Below, piece after piece: positions 19,663-34,098 of a stretch of 64,000 nt of DNA. Every line of letters starts with the position of its first letter. Within the stretch, counting starts at the first letter, position 1. Source of the stretch: the human T2T-CHM13v2.0 reference genome, Homo sapiens; assembly GCF_009914755.1 (NCBI RefSeq), contig NC_060932.1. One strand, given 5' to 3'. The notes under the pieces are model-generated. The model searched no databases. It saw only the letters and a program-made list of their open reading frames with translations, and was not told the DNA's origin. The translations under genes and the position numbers were made by a program.

Positions 19663-19824
19663 AGGTGTAGGTGCTGGCTGTAATACTAAAGAAGTCATAG
19701 ATAGATTAAGATATCTTAAAGCTGAAATTGAAGATCTAGAACTGAAGGAAAGAGAACTTGATCAGCAGAAGTTGTGGCTACAGCAAAGCATCAAAAATGT
19801 GATGGACGATTCCATTAATAATAG
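19663..19824 (+). CDS. E2F5: E2F5 exon 3, coiled-coil dimerisation region ([54 protein letters not shown])
   Basis: Matches ORF 19652..19840 and is phase-compatible with exon 2. Ends at a U12 donor |ATATCCTTT. Confidence 0.97.
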
Positions 19825-20948
19825 ATATCCTTTTAAATAAGTTATGCATATACATATAGCTTTGGAATATGTATGTATAAATCATTTCAGTCTAAAGATC
19901 ATTCACTTTGTTTTTAGACAGTTAAGTTTTATAAGTAAATATGACATTTTAATTTTATTATATTCTTATATACTAATATTTTCTAAATGTTACCTTTTTA
20001 AGTTATATAGTACAGATCCATTAGCGTTATTCCTGTGTTGCACTGAGGGGGAAAAAGAGATTAGCCAACTTTTGGTCTACCAATTGATAGAATGCAGTAT
20101 GCTAGCCAGTGTGCTTAGGAAATCTGTGAATATTAGAAGCCATTGTTAAGTACATTTGTATTTTTAAATAATTATGTTCAGTGTTCTGAAGTATAAAATT
20201 CAGCAGCTCTCAAAGTTTTGAAAATTTTTCATTTAAAGATGAGATATGATGTGTCCACAATCAATCCTTGATACTTTCTGCCTAACATGAACCCCAAAAT
20301 AGTTCCTACTGGAGAACAGGGGTCTAAGTCGTGTGTGCCTATCAACAATATATATTGGGGGAAAAACATTATTATATATAATACATATAATATCATATAT
20401 AATATATAAAATATATTTATATATAATATATAAAAACATTATTATATATATAAAAACACATATCCATGTGTTTCTTACAAACCACCGTCTTCTCTCAGGT
20501 ATCTGTGATTCTCTTAGTTTATGAACTTACCTGTACTCTTAAAGAAACTAACCACATTTTACCTTGTAGCACCTCATGAAATTTTGACTAATGTATACAA
20601 TATAATTTACTTTTCACATTTTCATGTATTTGGTGAACAAGTCCATGATCTCATTTGTTATTTCCTTTGTATGGATCAGAGCCCCTTAACAGTTTGAGAA
20701 CAATGGGAGTTTTCAAGCTGTGTTCTGTGGAGCTCTGAAATTCAAAAGCCATTAATCTATTTTATCTTGGACTTCGCTGCCCTGCTTTACGAGATGCTGG
20801 CCATTCCCATTGCCCCAACCATGGTTATGTGTGATATATATAAAGTTTTCTGTATATTATGGTATTTTGACATCTCCATAAACCTTTCTGGCTGAGGAGA
20901 GACTGCCCATCCTGGGACTAGCCACTTCTTAGAAACAGCATGGGCTCA

Positions 20949-21281
20949 TGTCCTTTTTAGGGTCATGGATGACGCTGGAAACCATCATTCTCAGCAAACT
21001 ATCGCAAGGACAAAAAAACCAAACACCTCATGTTCTCACTCATAGGTGGGAATTGAACAATGAGAACACATGGACACAGGAAGGGGAACATCACACACCA
21101 GGGACTGTTGTGGGGTGGGGGGAGGGGGGAGGGAGAGCATTATGAGATATACCTAATGCTAAATGACGAGTTATTGGGTGCAGCACGCCAACATGGCACA
21201 TGTATACATATGTAACAAACCTGCACGTTGTGCACATGTACCCTAAAACTTAAAGTATAATAATAATAAAATTAAAAAAAA
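20949..21281 (+). mobile_element. Young short L1PA 3' end with 18-bp TSD, inserted in an ERV LTR (~20830-22400)
   Basis: TSD agaaacagcatgggctca at 20931-20948 and 21282-21299; L1PA 3' UTR plus A tail. Confidence 0.9.
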
Positions 21282-21472
21282 AGAAACAGCATGGGCTCAG
21301 CCAGGAGCATCCCTTTGATATATAAACTAACCAGTCAAGGTCCAGACCTCCTCTCTCCAGTCCATACACCCCAGGTGGCAATATTCCTCTGCCTTAATCA
21401 TCCCAGGGTCAGGTACCAGACAACTGGGGGACTACCTGCATAGCTTAGAGCCCACCAAAATTATCCAAACTA

Positions 21473-22151
<679 letters not shown>

Positions 22152-22745
22152 ACCCTGCATTTCTTTTCCCAAGGAAACCCCAATAAAAGCTCTGGGCTAA
22201 TGCTTTCCCCTTGCTCCTGTCTTCTGCCTCCTGACCACCTTGTTGTCTTAACCATGTGGCCCTGAGTAGCCTGCCTTGCCTCCCGTCACTAGGACCTATG
22301 AGTATAATACTTTGTTTTTCTGAGCCTTTCTTTAATCCTCTGTGTCCTCTTGTGGCCATACCTGACCATTTAATACAAGAACAAAAAACAACGATCACAG
22401 AAAATTCCTGATGTGGAAGCTGATATGGTTGCTGATGGCCTCCTTTTCCCCATCCATTCCCTTCCCCCAGAAACCTTTGCCTCCATGAAGAATGTGCACT
22501 GCTTTCCATCTCTCTCCTAAGGGTCCTCAAATGTCACAAAAATCAGAATGGCTTCTTCTAAGAGCAAAGGATGGGAACTCCTTTGTCTTTACCTTTCTAG
22601 ACTAGACTTCTTTTTTTGTCTGTCCATGTGTGGCAGTCCCTCTGTGCATATGGTCATTTAGTTATTTTGACCTTCAGATGTATTACCTTAATTTAAATGC
22701 CTACGGCTTGATATAAATGTCGTTCCTTAACTCCTATGACAGTAC

Positions 22746-22789
22746 ATTTTCCTATGTAACTCATGAAGACATCTGTAATTGCTTTAATG
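22746..22789 (+). CDS. E2F5: E2F5 exon 4 (FSYVTHEDICNCFNG)
   Basis: 44 nt, AC acceptor and gtaagt donor; E2F YVTxEDI motif. Confidence 0.95.
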
Positions 22790-23993
22790 GTAAGTACCAT
22801 TAGACTTTTCCTTGCATTCTTCCTCTCAACCTATTTAGTGGAGGGTGATTCAGAATTCCCTGTGTCCTCATCCTGTCATTATTTTCAGAAGTTGTGGGCA
22901 TTGTGTCTCACTCCACCATGCCGTGTATTGATAGACTGCTTTTGTTTCTGTTTTCATGAGAATAGCTGCTTTTCACAGCATTCAGTTCATTAGCTCCACT
23001 GGTAGGGATCAACTGTGTGTGGAAGGGGAAGGGGACAGGGACAGAGGGCAAGCTAAATCAGAGCGGGATTAAGCAACTTTCATTGTCACACAGTCACAGA
23101 GTTAGTGACCCAACTTGAACTAGAACATGGTTCTCATCAGCATTGTTTATCAAACTATATGCAAGTATGCTGGTCTCAAATGAAACTCAAAGAAACCATA
23201 AGGAAAGAATTAGGTGAATCCATCTTATAACCAGGAAACCTATTCCTATGCAATTTGCTGCCCCTGTGTTTTCTCCTTAAAATAACAATATCATGTTAAT
23301 AATTATAATTATTAATATAACTAAAATGGGGGGACGTGTGTTCCCAAAATTATAGCACAAGTAAAATGAAATTGTGCATATTTAAATTTATGTGTATTAT
23401 CCACCTATTTAAAAAGATTCTGCCAAGTACCTCATCAAGTGGAATCTGACTTTCTATGTAAGACTATGTTGGAAATAAGTATAGGACTATTGTTCTATTT
23501 TACCACTGTATTTCCTGAGTTTTTTAAGGAAGTTTGCTGAGACTTCTGTTAATCTGCAACTCAACAGAGATTTGTTGTAGAATTTGGCTTCAAAAATAAT
23601 AAAATCATTTAAGCTCAACATTTCAGTGTCTCATACCTAATCTCCACTATCCTCAGTCCAATGAACAGTGTTATTTGAGGCTAAATGGTCTTAAGAATCT
23701 CAGACTTTACAGGAGTCTTAGTCAAAGCAAAATCAACTTGAGCTGAATTTGTTAATGAGAATCATACAGCTAACCCATGTATAATACTAATACATGTATT
23801 ATCTTATTTAATCCTCAAAATAAATCTATGCAGTAGGTTGTGTATCCCCCATTTTATAGAATTGAAAATCAAAGCTCAAGGTCACCTAGTTTGGGATTGA
23901 ACCAAACACTCTGATTCCAGAGCCCACATTCTTGCCACTGTATTCCATGATCAACAGTATTTTATGTAACTTTTTATATTTATTTTTGACCAG

Positions 23994-24058
23994 GTGATAC
24001 ACTTTTGGCCATTCAGGCACCTTCTGGTACACAACTGGAGGTACCCATTCCAGAAATG
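23994..24058 (+). CDS. E2F5: E2F5 exon 5, marked-box region ([21 protein letters not shown])
   Basis: Acceptor tttttgaccag|, donor |gtatgt; 65 nt, phases match. Confidence 0.96.
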
Positions 24059-24576
24059 GTATGTAGGATAACTTATGTTTATATAAGTGGGAAAAATGAA
24101 TCTACTGTCTCAAGAAGGATATTTTCTTTAGCTGAATGTGAGCTAATTGTGTAAACACTGTGAGTTAGTCAAGTTTTTATCTAAAAGTATTGATAGCTGA
24201 ATTTGTATGTCTTTAATTCCTTGGTAAAATTATAGAACTAAATGAATCATAAATGATTTTAAAGATTATTGGCTATATCCTTAGTCATTTATTGATATCA
24301 TTTAGCTCAAATAAAGTCAATTTTTAAAAAGTAATCAGAATGCTTTATCAAGTGATTTTTGTTTCATACAAAAATTAAAACTATTGTATAAAATTATCTT
24401 CAGGCTATGTGAATAAGGTGTGTATGAAACAAATGAATATTGTGTTTAGACTTGGGTCCTATCCCTAAGATATCTATCCCCAAGTAACCAAATGATTTAA
24501 AATGATTTAACATTTTGATTAAATTATTTTAAATTTGAATTTTTTAAGTTAGAGGATGTCAAGAAATGACTAATCA

Positions 24577-24981
<405 letters not shown>

Positions 24982-25714
24982 TCAATTCCTTTAAATTAGG
25001 TCTTTTATAAAACATTGTCTGGCTTATTAAGTCAAAGACATTTATTGACTCTATGAGTTTCATGATTTTCGTTTTCAGATTCAGATTTTTAAAAACAAAC
25101 TAATTTGAAAGCAATAACCAAAAAAGGGAGTAGAAAAAGATTACTATATTATCTACCTCCTTCCCCCACCCGCTTATTAAAAAAGTTTACATTTAGGCAT
25201 TTGTATTACTGGAGTCTGAAGCCTCAGGATACAGATTACTTTTTCAGCTGGAAGAATGTTATATTTATTTCTCAGTAGGAGAAATTAGTTGTCTTTGTGC
25301 TTGCAGATGGGAAAAAAAAGAGTTTGATTTGTGAAGCATGTTGAACTGACCAGATCTGTGGTGGCCAACTCCAGGGGATAAATTTCCTGTATATGGAGAA
25401 TACCTGGAGCATTGCTGGGCCCTGACCTATTATATAGTCACACACGGTAACAACAGATGGTTGCCAGAATTCTACAACAGAGAGTTTCTAATGATCAGTA
25501 TTTGTGAAAAGCTTACTTTTTAGAAACTAGTGGTTTAGAGCCCTCAAAATTACATTCTACTCTATGTCTCTACTTTTGTGTTTTGACTTAATGACTTTAT
25601 TGTGTTATGTGAATTTAGTAAGTCCCTAATAGCTTTGCCTGTCTTATTTTACTGTCTTAAGTTAGCTAGAAATGTTAATAATTATACATTTGTTTATACC
25701 CAATAACTTCAAAG

Positions 25715-25982
25715 GGTCAGAATGGACAAAAGAAATACCAGATCAATCTAAAGAGTCATTCAGGACCTATCCATGTGCTGCTTATAAATAAAGAGTCGAG
25801 TTCATCTAAGCCCGTGGTTTTTCCTGTTCCCCCACCTGATGACCTCACACAGCCTTCCTCCCAGTCCTTGACTCCAGTGACTCCACAGAAATCCAGCATG
25901 GCAACTCAAAATCTGCCTGAGCAACATGTCTCTGAAAGAAGCCAGGCTCTGCAGCAGACATCAGCTACAGATATATCTTCAG
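25715..25982 (+). CDS. E2F5: E2F5 exon 6 ([30 protein letters not shown]...TSATDISS)
   Basis: Overlaps ORF 25775..26008. Weak acceptor caataacttcaaag|, donor |gtgggt; 268 nt. Confidence 0.95.
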
Positions 25983-26032
25983 GTGGGTTCAGAGCCTTTC
26001 TTTTGTAAATTAGAGAGGGAGAAATATAAAAA

Positions 26033-26320
26033 CAGGTTGGCTCTCTTATCCAAAGTGCTTGTGACCAGAAATGTCCCAAGCACTTTTGACATTTTGGAAT
26101 ATTTGCATATACATAATAACATATCTTGGGGATAGGACCCAAGTCTAAACACAGTATTCATTTGTTTCATACACACCTTATTCACATAGCCTGAATATAA
26201 TTTTATACAATAGTTTTAATTTTTGCATGAAACAAAATATTGACTGTGGCTTGACTGCAGCCTATCACAAGGTCAGGTGTGGAATTTTCCATTTGTGGCA
26301 TATGTAGATTTCAGCTTTTA
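26033..26320. mobile_element. Tigger4/MER46-like DNA transposon remnant
   Basis: caggttgg...ttatccaaagtgcttgtgaccagaa and ggacccaagtctaaacac motifs. Confidence 0.75.
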
Positions 26321-28730
26321 CCTGAAGTTTACTTGGTAAGGTTCTTTTATCTCTCTTAGTAAGTCTAGGATAAATTAGTGAAATATGTTCCAACTACCTT
26401 TAAGAAAATATGTTCCAACTATCTTTAAGTATGGACCATAGTGACTTATGCCTCTTGTTTCTCCATATTCTTTGTTATACTTTTTATTTGGGAAGCTTAG
26501 TTTTATAGAAGTGATAAATGGTCTCAACTCCAATTATGTAGGAAATCTTACTTTCCTCATTTGTTTCATTTATGAAATTTTAAAAAGCTAAAACATTTCA
26601 CACTGGGTATCAGGAGTAGAGAGCACAACTCTTAATTTGGCAGTACCTTACTGATTCCAAATAAAGGGAGCATGGTAGGCAATCTCTCAGTGACTACTGA
26701 ATGAATGAATGAATGAATGGTGCCAATATAGACATCATATTGCAGATAATTTAAAACTGTATTGTATATAATCCAAATTGTTTATTTTACCTCTAGGATG
26801 TGTCTCATTGCTAAAATGGGATTTCACAGGTTAAAAGTGACGCTAACAAGATATAACTGGACGTGGAATGTTTTTTAGCTTCTTTTTGCCCACATCTATT
26901 CCTTTCTTTCCCCTATAAATATGTCTATACTACAGACCATTAGGATGCACAATAGAAAAGGTAGTGCTGGCTGGGCGTGGTGGCTCACAACTGTAATCCC
27001 AGCACTTAGGGAAGCCAAGGCAGGCAGATTACCTGAGGTCAGGGGTTCGAGACCAGTCTTGCCAACATATAGTGAAGCCCTGTCTCTACTAAAAAATACA
27101 AAAATTAGCTGGGTGTGGCGGCGCACACCTGTAGTCCCAGCTACTTGGAAAGCTGAGGCAGGAGAATTGCTTGAACCCAGGAGTTGGAGGTTGCAGTGAG
27201 CCGAGATCGCACCACTCCAGTCTGGGCGACAGAGTAAGACTCCATCTTAAAAAAAAAAAAAAAAGAAAATGTAGTCCTTAAAAAGCTTACAATCTAATTA
27301 GGATATAAAGCAGGCAAGCTTTACATGGGTTTTACCTGGGTTAGCTTAGACATAATTAACACACTGGCTTCAACAAAGTGTTTTTAAAAAGTGAGTATTC
27401 TGTTTTTATGGTTTCATGTTTGGAAATCCTAACTAAGGAAAGTAATTTTGGGCTACATTAGAGCAGGCCTTGAATTTCAGAGTAGTTAGGACATTTATCC
27501 AATAAACCAGTGAAGATCTGTGACCAAGGAAATAGCATAATTAGCTATAATGGTGCACACAGGAGTAATATGATTAGGAAAGATGCTTTTGGCCCTGGGA
27601 AGCAGAATTCAGAAGCGATGGAAACTGTAGATGTTTGCAGTTATGCAACTGAGAGAACATTAGGGCTAAAACAAGGGCCAAGTGTGGTGGGGCTCATGCC
27701 TGTAATCCCAACACTTTGGGAGGCCGAGGCAGGTACACTGCTTGAGCCCAGGAATTTGAGACCAACCTGGGCAATACAGTGAGACCCTATCTCTAAAAAA
27801 AAAAAAAAAAAAAAAATTAAAAATTAGCTAGGCATTGTGACGTGTGCCTGTGGTCCCAGCTACTGGGGAGGGAGGCCAAAGTGGGAGGATTGCAAGCCTG
27901 GGAGGTCAAGGCTGCAGTGAGCCCTGACAGCACTTAATGTACTCCAGCCTGAGTGACAGAGCGAGATCCTGTCTCAAAATAAATAAATAAATAAAAAGGC
28001 TAAAACAGTGATTACAGTGAGATCAGGAAGAGAAATAACGAACAGATTTGAGAAACACTGTAGGCAAAATAACATTTGATGTGTGAGATCTGGAGATAAA
28101 GTTAACAGGAATGGAAAGTGATGTTGAAGTTTTAAGGTTGAATAACTGGGAGAATTATGAAACTACTGACTAAAACTGAGTCAGTTTTGGTAGAATGATG
28201 ATGAGGTTTGTTGTTGTTTTTTTTTTTTTTTTTTTTTTTTTTTTTGGCAGGGTCTCACTTTGTCAGCCAGGCTGGAATGCAGTGGCGCGATCTCAGCTCA
28301 CTGCAGCCTCAAGTGATCCTCCCACCTCAGTCTCCCAAGTAGTTGGGACTATAGGCACGTGCCATGAATGTCTGGCTAATTTTTTTGTATTTTTTGTAAA
28401 GACGGATTTCACTATGTTGCCCAGGCTGGTCTGAACTCCTGAGCTCAAGCAATCCGTCCACCTCACTCAGCCTCCCAAAGTGCTAGAATTATAAGCATGA
28501 GCCACCATGCCTGGCAGATAATGAGTCTTTTGGTCTTCGTCTGGAGTTTGGAAGTTTAAAAGTAATGCCAGGCACAGAGTAAGCGCTCATGAAAACAACC
28601 TGTCCACAAAGTACTAGTACTTTAAATAAATGTGCATGTCAGTCAAGCTGCTGCTGTGACTACTTGTGTTTAAATATGAGTATCTTTTACTGTTAACAGA
28701 AATATAACAAAACTTTATTACTGTTTCCAG

Positions 28731-28778
28731 CAGGATCTATTAGTGGAGATATCATTGATGAGTTAATGTCTTCTGACG
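28731..28778 (+). CDS. E2F5: E2F5 exon 7 (AGSISGDIIDELMSSD), NAGNAG acceptor
   Basis: ctgtttccag|cag|GA tandem acceptor; donor |gtaagt. Confidence 0.95.
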
Positions 28779-29464
28779 GTAAGTAGGTTAAAATTTTACT
28801 AACTCACTTATCAGTAATGCTTCTGTGGAATTTATAAGTGAAACATGATTTAAAAGAAATGAACATATATTTGCTACCTGCTTTACTATGAAGATTCATG
28901 AAAATTCTCCCTTAACACTTACAGTAAGTAATAGGCAACCTTCAGAATTTATTTTTCTTTGCTTGCATTTTGAGGGAAAGGAATCCATATGGGGATACTT
29001 CTCACCTTCATTGAAAATAAACTGTTAGCCCTTTCCACTCCTGAAGGATCTGGTCCAAGAAGAGTAAAATAACTTGTCTAAATCAAGCAACTGATCTGAA
29101 CACCTGCCTTTGTAAATACCCCTACCCAGGCCAATTTCAAGCTGCCAATGGGAAGTCACTGAATTAGTATTAATATTAACCATGTTGTCATCTAACCTGA
29201 AAAATTATTAAATATCAGTTAGCTACAATATGCTAATTACTTTAATAATTTCTCTCCTTCTGTAAGTTCTTGGATCAGAGTCCTACTACCTAACAAATAA
29301 AGTAGAAACCTACGAAGTGGTAGCAGTTAAGTTAGCAAATGTTATAGTTAACTAGAGATGTACTAAACATGTATGTAGAAGCAGAGAACATCAGCAAACT
29401 TTGTAAGTCCAGTTCATTCTTCTGTTTGCAAAGTGGAAAACAAAACACTTTCATTAGTGTTCTG

Positions 29465-30160
<696 letters not shown>

Positions 30161-30351
30161 GAAAAAATTAACTTCTGTTTCTCAATCTAATATCAATATT
30201 CAATGTACAAATTGTTACTAAATGAGAATATTTCAAAATACACATTACACAAGACTTTAATTTGGAATGATGTATTTGAGAGTATTTTGTTAAAGATCAT
30301 TAACCGTATGTAGAAACCATCTTTAACACTAAATTTGTTTTTTGTTCGCAG

Positions 30352-30461
30352 TGTTTCCTCTCTTAAGGCTTTCTCCTACCCCGGCAGATGACTACAACTT
30401 TAATTTAGATGATAACGAAGGAGTTTGTGATCTGTTTGATGTCCAGATACTAAATTATTAG
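30352..30461 (+). CDS. E2F5: E2F5 exon 8 CDS with pocket-protein-binding motif ([36 protein letters not shown])
   Basis: Acceptor tttgttcgcag|; [17 protein letters not shown] motif; TAG at 30459-30461. Confidence 0.98.
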
Positions 30462-31093
30462 ATTCCATGGAAACTTGGGACTGTTATCTACCTCTAACTG
30501 TGTAACATTTTAGACTTCTTAATAACCTAAATATTTAAAATAATGAATGTAACACCTTTTTTAGTTCACTGATTCTGAAGTGTTCTTCCCTAATACTTTC
30601 TTTACTTCACAAAACTTCAACCATAAAAACAAAGGGCTCTGATTGCTTTAGGGGATAAGTGATTTAATATCCACAAACGTCCCCACTCCCAAAAGTAACT
30701 ATATTCTGGATTTCAACTTTTCTTCTAATTGTGAATCCTTCTGTTTTTTCTTCTTAAGGAGGAAAGTTAAAGGACACTACAGGTCATCAAAAACAAGTTG
30801 GCCAAGGACTCATTACTTGTCTTATATTTTTACTGCCACTAAACTGCCTGTATTTCTGTATGTCCTTCTATCCAAACAGACGTTCACTGCCACTTGTAAA
30901 GTGAAGGATGTAAACGAGGATATATAACTGTTTCAGTGAACAGATTTTGTGAAGTGCCTTCTGTTTTAGCACTTTAAGTTTATCACATTTTGTTGACTTC
31001 TGACATTCCACTTTCCTAGGTTATAGGAAAGATCTGTTTATGTAGTTTGTTTTTAAAATGTGCCAATGCCTGTACATTAACAAGATTTTTAAA

Positions 31094-31099
31094 AATAAA
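31094..31099 (+). terminator. E2F5: E2F5 polyadenylation signal AATAAA
   Basis: AATAAA about 630 nt after the stop, followed by a T/GT-rich tract. Confidence 0.8.
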
Positions 31100-31117
31100 A
31101 TTGTATAAAACATTCAA

Positions 31118-31123
31118 TTTATT
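31118..31123 (-). terminator. RBIS: RBIS polyadenylation signal (AATAAA on -)
   Basis: TTTATT on +, 35 nt after the RBIS stop codon. Confidence 0.8.
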
Positions 31124-31158
31124 GGTCTTTGTGGAGAATTAGATGCATCACCAGTATA

Positions 31159-31230
31159 TTACAACAGAGCCATTAATCTTGTAGCTTCATCAACATTAAC
31201 TGGTTTGCTTTCATGACGCTGCTGAGGAAT
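31159..31230 (-). CDS. RBIS: RBIS/C8orf59 last coding exon (IPQQRHESKPVNVDEATRLMALL*)
   Basis: Manual reverse-strand translation; acceptor ctcctttcag|; TAA. Confidence 0.93.
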   Translation of the reverse strand: MPQQRHESKPVNVDEATRLMALL

Positions 31231-31519
31231 CTGAAAGGAGAAAGTATTATATTTAAAAACACAGACAACAATAGCAGACAAATGACTTATATAAGCTGTT
31301 ATTCAATTTAATTTTTCTAGTCATATCTTTGGAAGTAGAACAATCTGTATATTCTGACAATGTTTTAGAGTCTGAATATGCTATTTATACTATAGAGCCT
31401 AGTACTAGAGAGCCAAGTACTAAAAATTACACTCAACTTACAGGCTTTGAAAACTTGGGAGTTTAATTTATTAGCCTCAATTTGTTAGCCATAAAAAAAA
31501 GCAAATGATTTCTGCTTAC

Positions 31520-31636
31520 CAGTTCTTTCTGCAGAGGTTCAAGTGAAATGCTTTTTGCGAAATGTGCAAGTTCCTTTTGTACATTTACAAAAGCTTTATT
31601 TACTCTGTTAACTTTTTCCTCATTCATAATGTTTAT
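31520..31636 (-). CDS. RBIS: RBIS middle coding exon (INIMNEEKVNRVNKAFVNVQKELAHFAKSISLEPLQKEL)
   Basis: 117 nt phase 0-0; aag| acceptor and |gtaagc donor on -. Confidence 0.93.
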
Positions 31637-31875
31637 CTTTTAAAAAGAAAAAAAGCATTAATCTATGATCTCATAACCATTAAAGATAAGATATATTCAA
31701 CCTTAACCTGTTAAATCTAAAATCTAAAAACTCTTACCAACAAATTAGGGATAATTCACTCAAAAATTCTTATAGTCTTATTGGGAAATTACAGACAAAA
31801 AGTTTTGGTTTTTAAAAAATGGGATTTATGTGGATATGCCTCACACTTATGGTTCAGAAGGCTAAAATATGTGAC

Positions 31876-32722
31876 TGTGATATTGTGATTCATAATAAGA
31901 TATATATATATATTTGGTCTTTGTCCTCATTTCCTGTCATACAGCTTTTTAAATCATTGTATTAAGAAGGATAAGAGTGTCTTTTGAATGCTAATAAGAT
32001 GGCTGGTAGCTGGGAGTCTCTAGATAGCTTCAGGAGGAGGGCTAGTCAGATAAAAACACAGGGTTAGAGGATTAGGACTTTCTGCTCCAGAGGAGTGGGG
32101 ATAAAGGTTAAGCCCATCACTAATGGCCAATGATTTAATGAATTATGCCTACATAATGAAGCCTCCGGAAATCTACAAAAGAACTGGGTTCAAAGAGCTT
32201 CTGGATAGCTGAACACATGGGGGCTCCTAGAAAGTGGCATGCCCAGAGAGAGCAGGGAAGCTCCATGCCCCTTCCCATGTACCTTGCCCTCTGCACCTCT
32301 TCCATCTGGCTACGCATCTGTCCCCTTTGTAATATCCTTTATAATAAACTGGTAAAAGTATTTTCCTGGGTTCTGTGAGCTGCTCTAGCAAATTAATCAA
32401 ACCCAAGGAGGGGGTCATGGGAACACTTATTTATAACTGGTTGGTGAGAAGCACAGGTAAAACATCTGGGACTTGTGATTGTCACTGGAAGTTGGGGAGA
32501 GGCTTAGGACTCAACTCTCAACCTGTGGAATCTGACGCTATCTCCAGGTCAGCAGTGTCAGATTTTAATTAAAGGACACCCAGCTGCTGCCTGCTGAAGA
32601 TTCATCTGCAGAATTGTTAGGTGTGGGGGAACTGCCCCACAAATCTAGTATTGTAAGTGTTGAGTGACCGTATGAGAGTGAGAGTAAGAGAAACTGAGTT
32701 GCTTTTTTCCTGTATCCTTACA
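31876..32722. mobile_element. Solo ERV LTR (MER21-like) in RBIS intron
   Basis: TG...CA termini with 5-bp TSD gtgac (31871-31875, 32723-32727). Confidence 0.8.
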
Positions 32723-33984
32723 GTGACCAAAATCTTTCTAGGCTACAGTGCTGTCATCCCGCATCTATACAAGAAACCTGGATCAAATACTTTTAGTCCC
32801 TTCTAACATAACAATACGTCTCTGAATCCTTCCTGGACCTTCTTGTCTTAATGGAAGACCCCTGATGACAGCTTCCCTCGCAGTCCTCCTCTTGAGTTTA
32901 ACAGAGGTAGGGGTGGTGCTCTTCTTCTTCACTGTTGCTGCTGCCAAACAATTTCTCCTTCAAAACCCTTACCTCCTTTGCACCTTATGCGGCCTACCCA
33001 TAGATCTCTCTCTTAGATCCTACCTGGTGGCATATATAAAAGTTCTAGTACCTCCTGTCCAAATAAAATAATCTTCCTCAAATACACCAAGCTTTTCCCT
33101 AGCTCAGGGCCTCTGCACTTGCTATTTTTCTCTGCCTCGAACCCACCACTCCCAACACTTCCTAGCTCTTTGCATTGCTAGCTCTTTGTCATTCTAGTCT
33201 TGGTTTCAATGTGTCAACTATGAAGACCGTCCTATATAAACTGTCATCCCCAAAACCCCCATCATCTGCTTAATTTCATTCTTAGCATTTATAAAATCAT
33301 AAAACTATTCAACCAAAAAGCTTAACTCCGCTAGCTCATGAAAGTTGAAAGATGAAATGTTAGATTTCTATGGACTATTATAATTAAACTGAGTCCTGGA
33401 GAGCTGACTCCATCTACTACTGAAACTTGAAAACATTTTCTTAAAAATTTTTCTTAAATCTTGTAGAAATTTCTCAGGTATTTTGAAATATAAACAAAGA
33501 AAAGAAACCCCTTTCAAATTGTGCATTTCAATAAATATTTTTTATCTTCATTTTACAGGTTTTTGTTTGAATTGCAGATGTCTTCAAAGATACAAGAATT
33601 ACTGAGGAGAAAAAGAATGGGTGCTCACTGACATCCCATGTCTTGCCTCTATTAATACATTCTTACATTTGAGTTTAGAGATAAGAACTGTTTCCCATAC
33701 TATGGTTTTTAAATGAGTTCTATGGTTCAGTAAAACTATTAAATTGAAGCTTCACACATTTGTAGTTAAAATGTTTATTTCTTTTCAACATTTGTTTTCA
33801 AGAAAGGGAGGTTATTTTTCTTCCTTTTTTTTTATATTTTTTTAGACAAATGCTTGAAACCATCCTTACCTTTCTAGGAAAAATGAAGAACCTTTTTAAA
33901 AAGTAATAGTATACAGCTGTTCAGTAGCTTACAATGACACTTTGCTTGTAAACAATAAAGTCAGAGTGCTTAACTAATACTCAC

Positions 33985-34098
33985 CTTCTTAAGATTAGTG
34001 GTAACTGGTTTTGCTTTGTTTTTAGCCTTAAAGTTTTTTTGGCTGGCTATGTGAAATACATTCCTGGACTTCGGCCCTCTTAATTTGTTCTTGGCCAT
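33985..34098 (-). CDS. RBIS: RBIS first coding exon (MAKNKLRGPKSRNVFHIASQKNFKAKNKAKPVTTNLKK), ribosomal biogenesis factor, 100 aa total
   Basis: ttttctag|ACAATGG Kozak context, |gtgagt donor. The three exons join to a 100-aa basic protein I recognise as C8orf59/RBIS. Confidence 0.93.
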
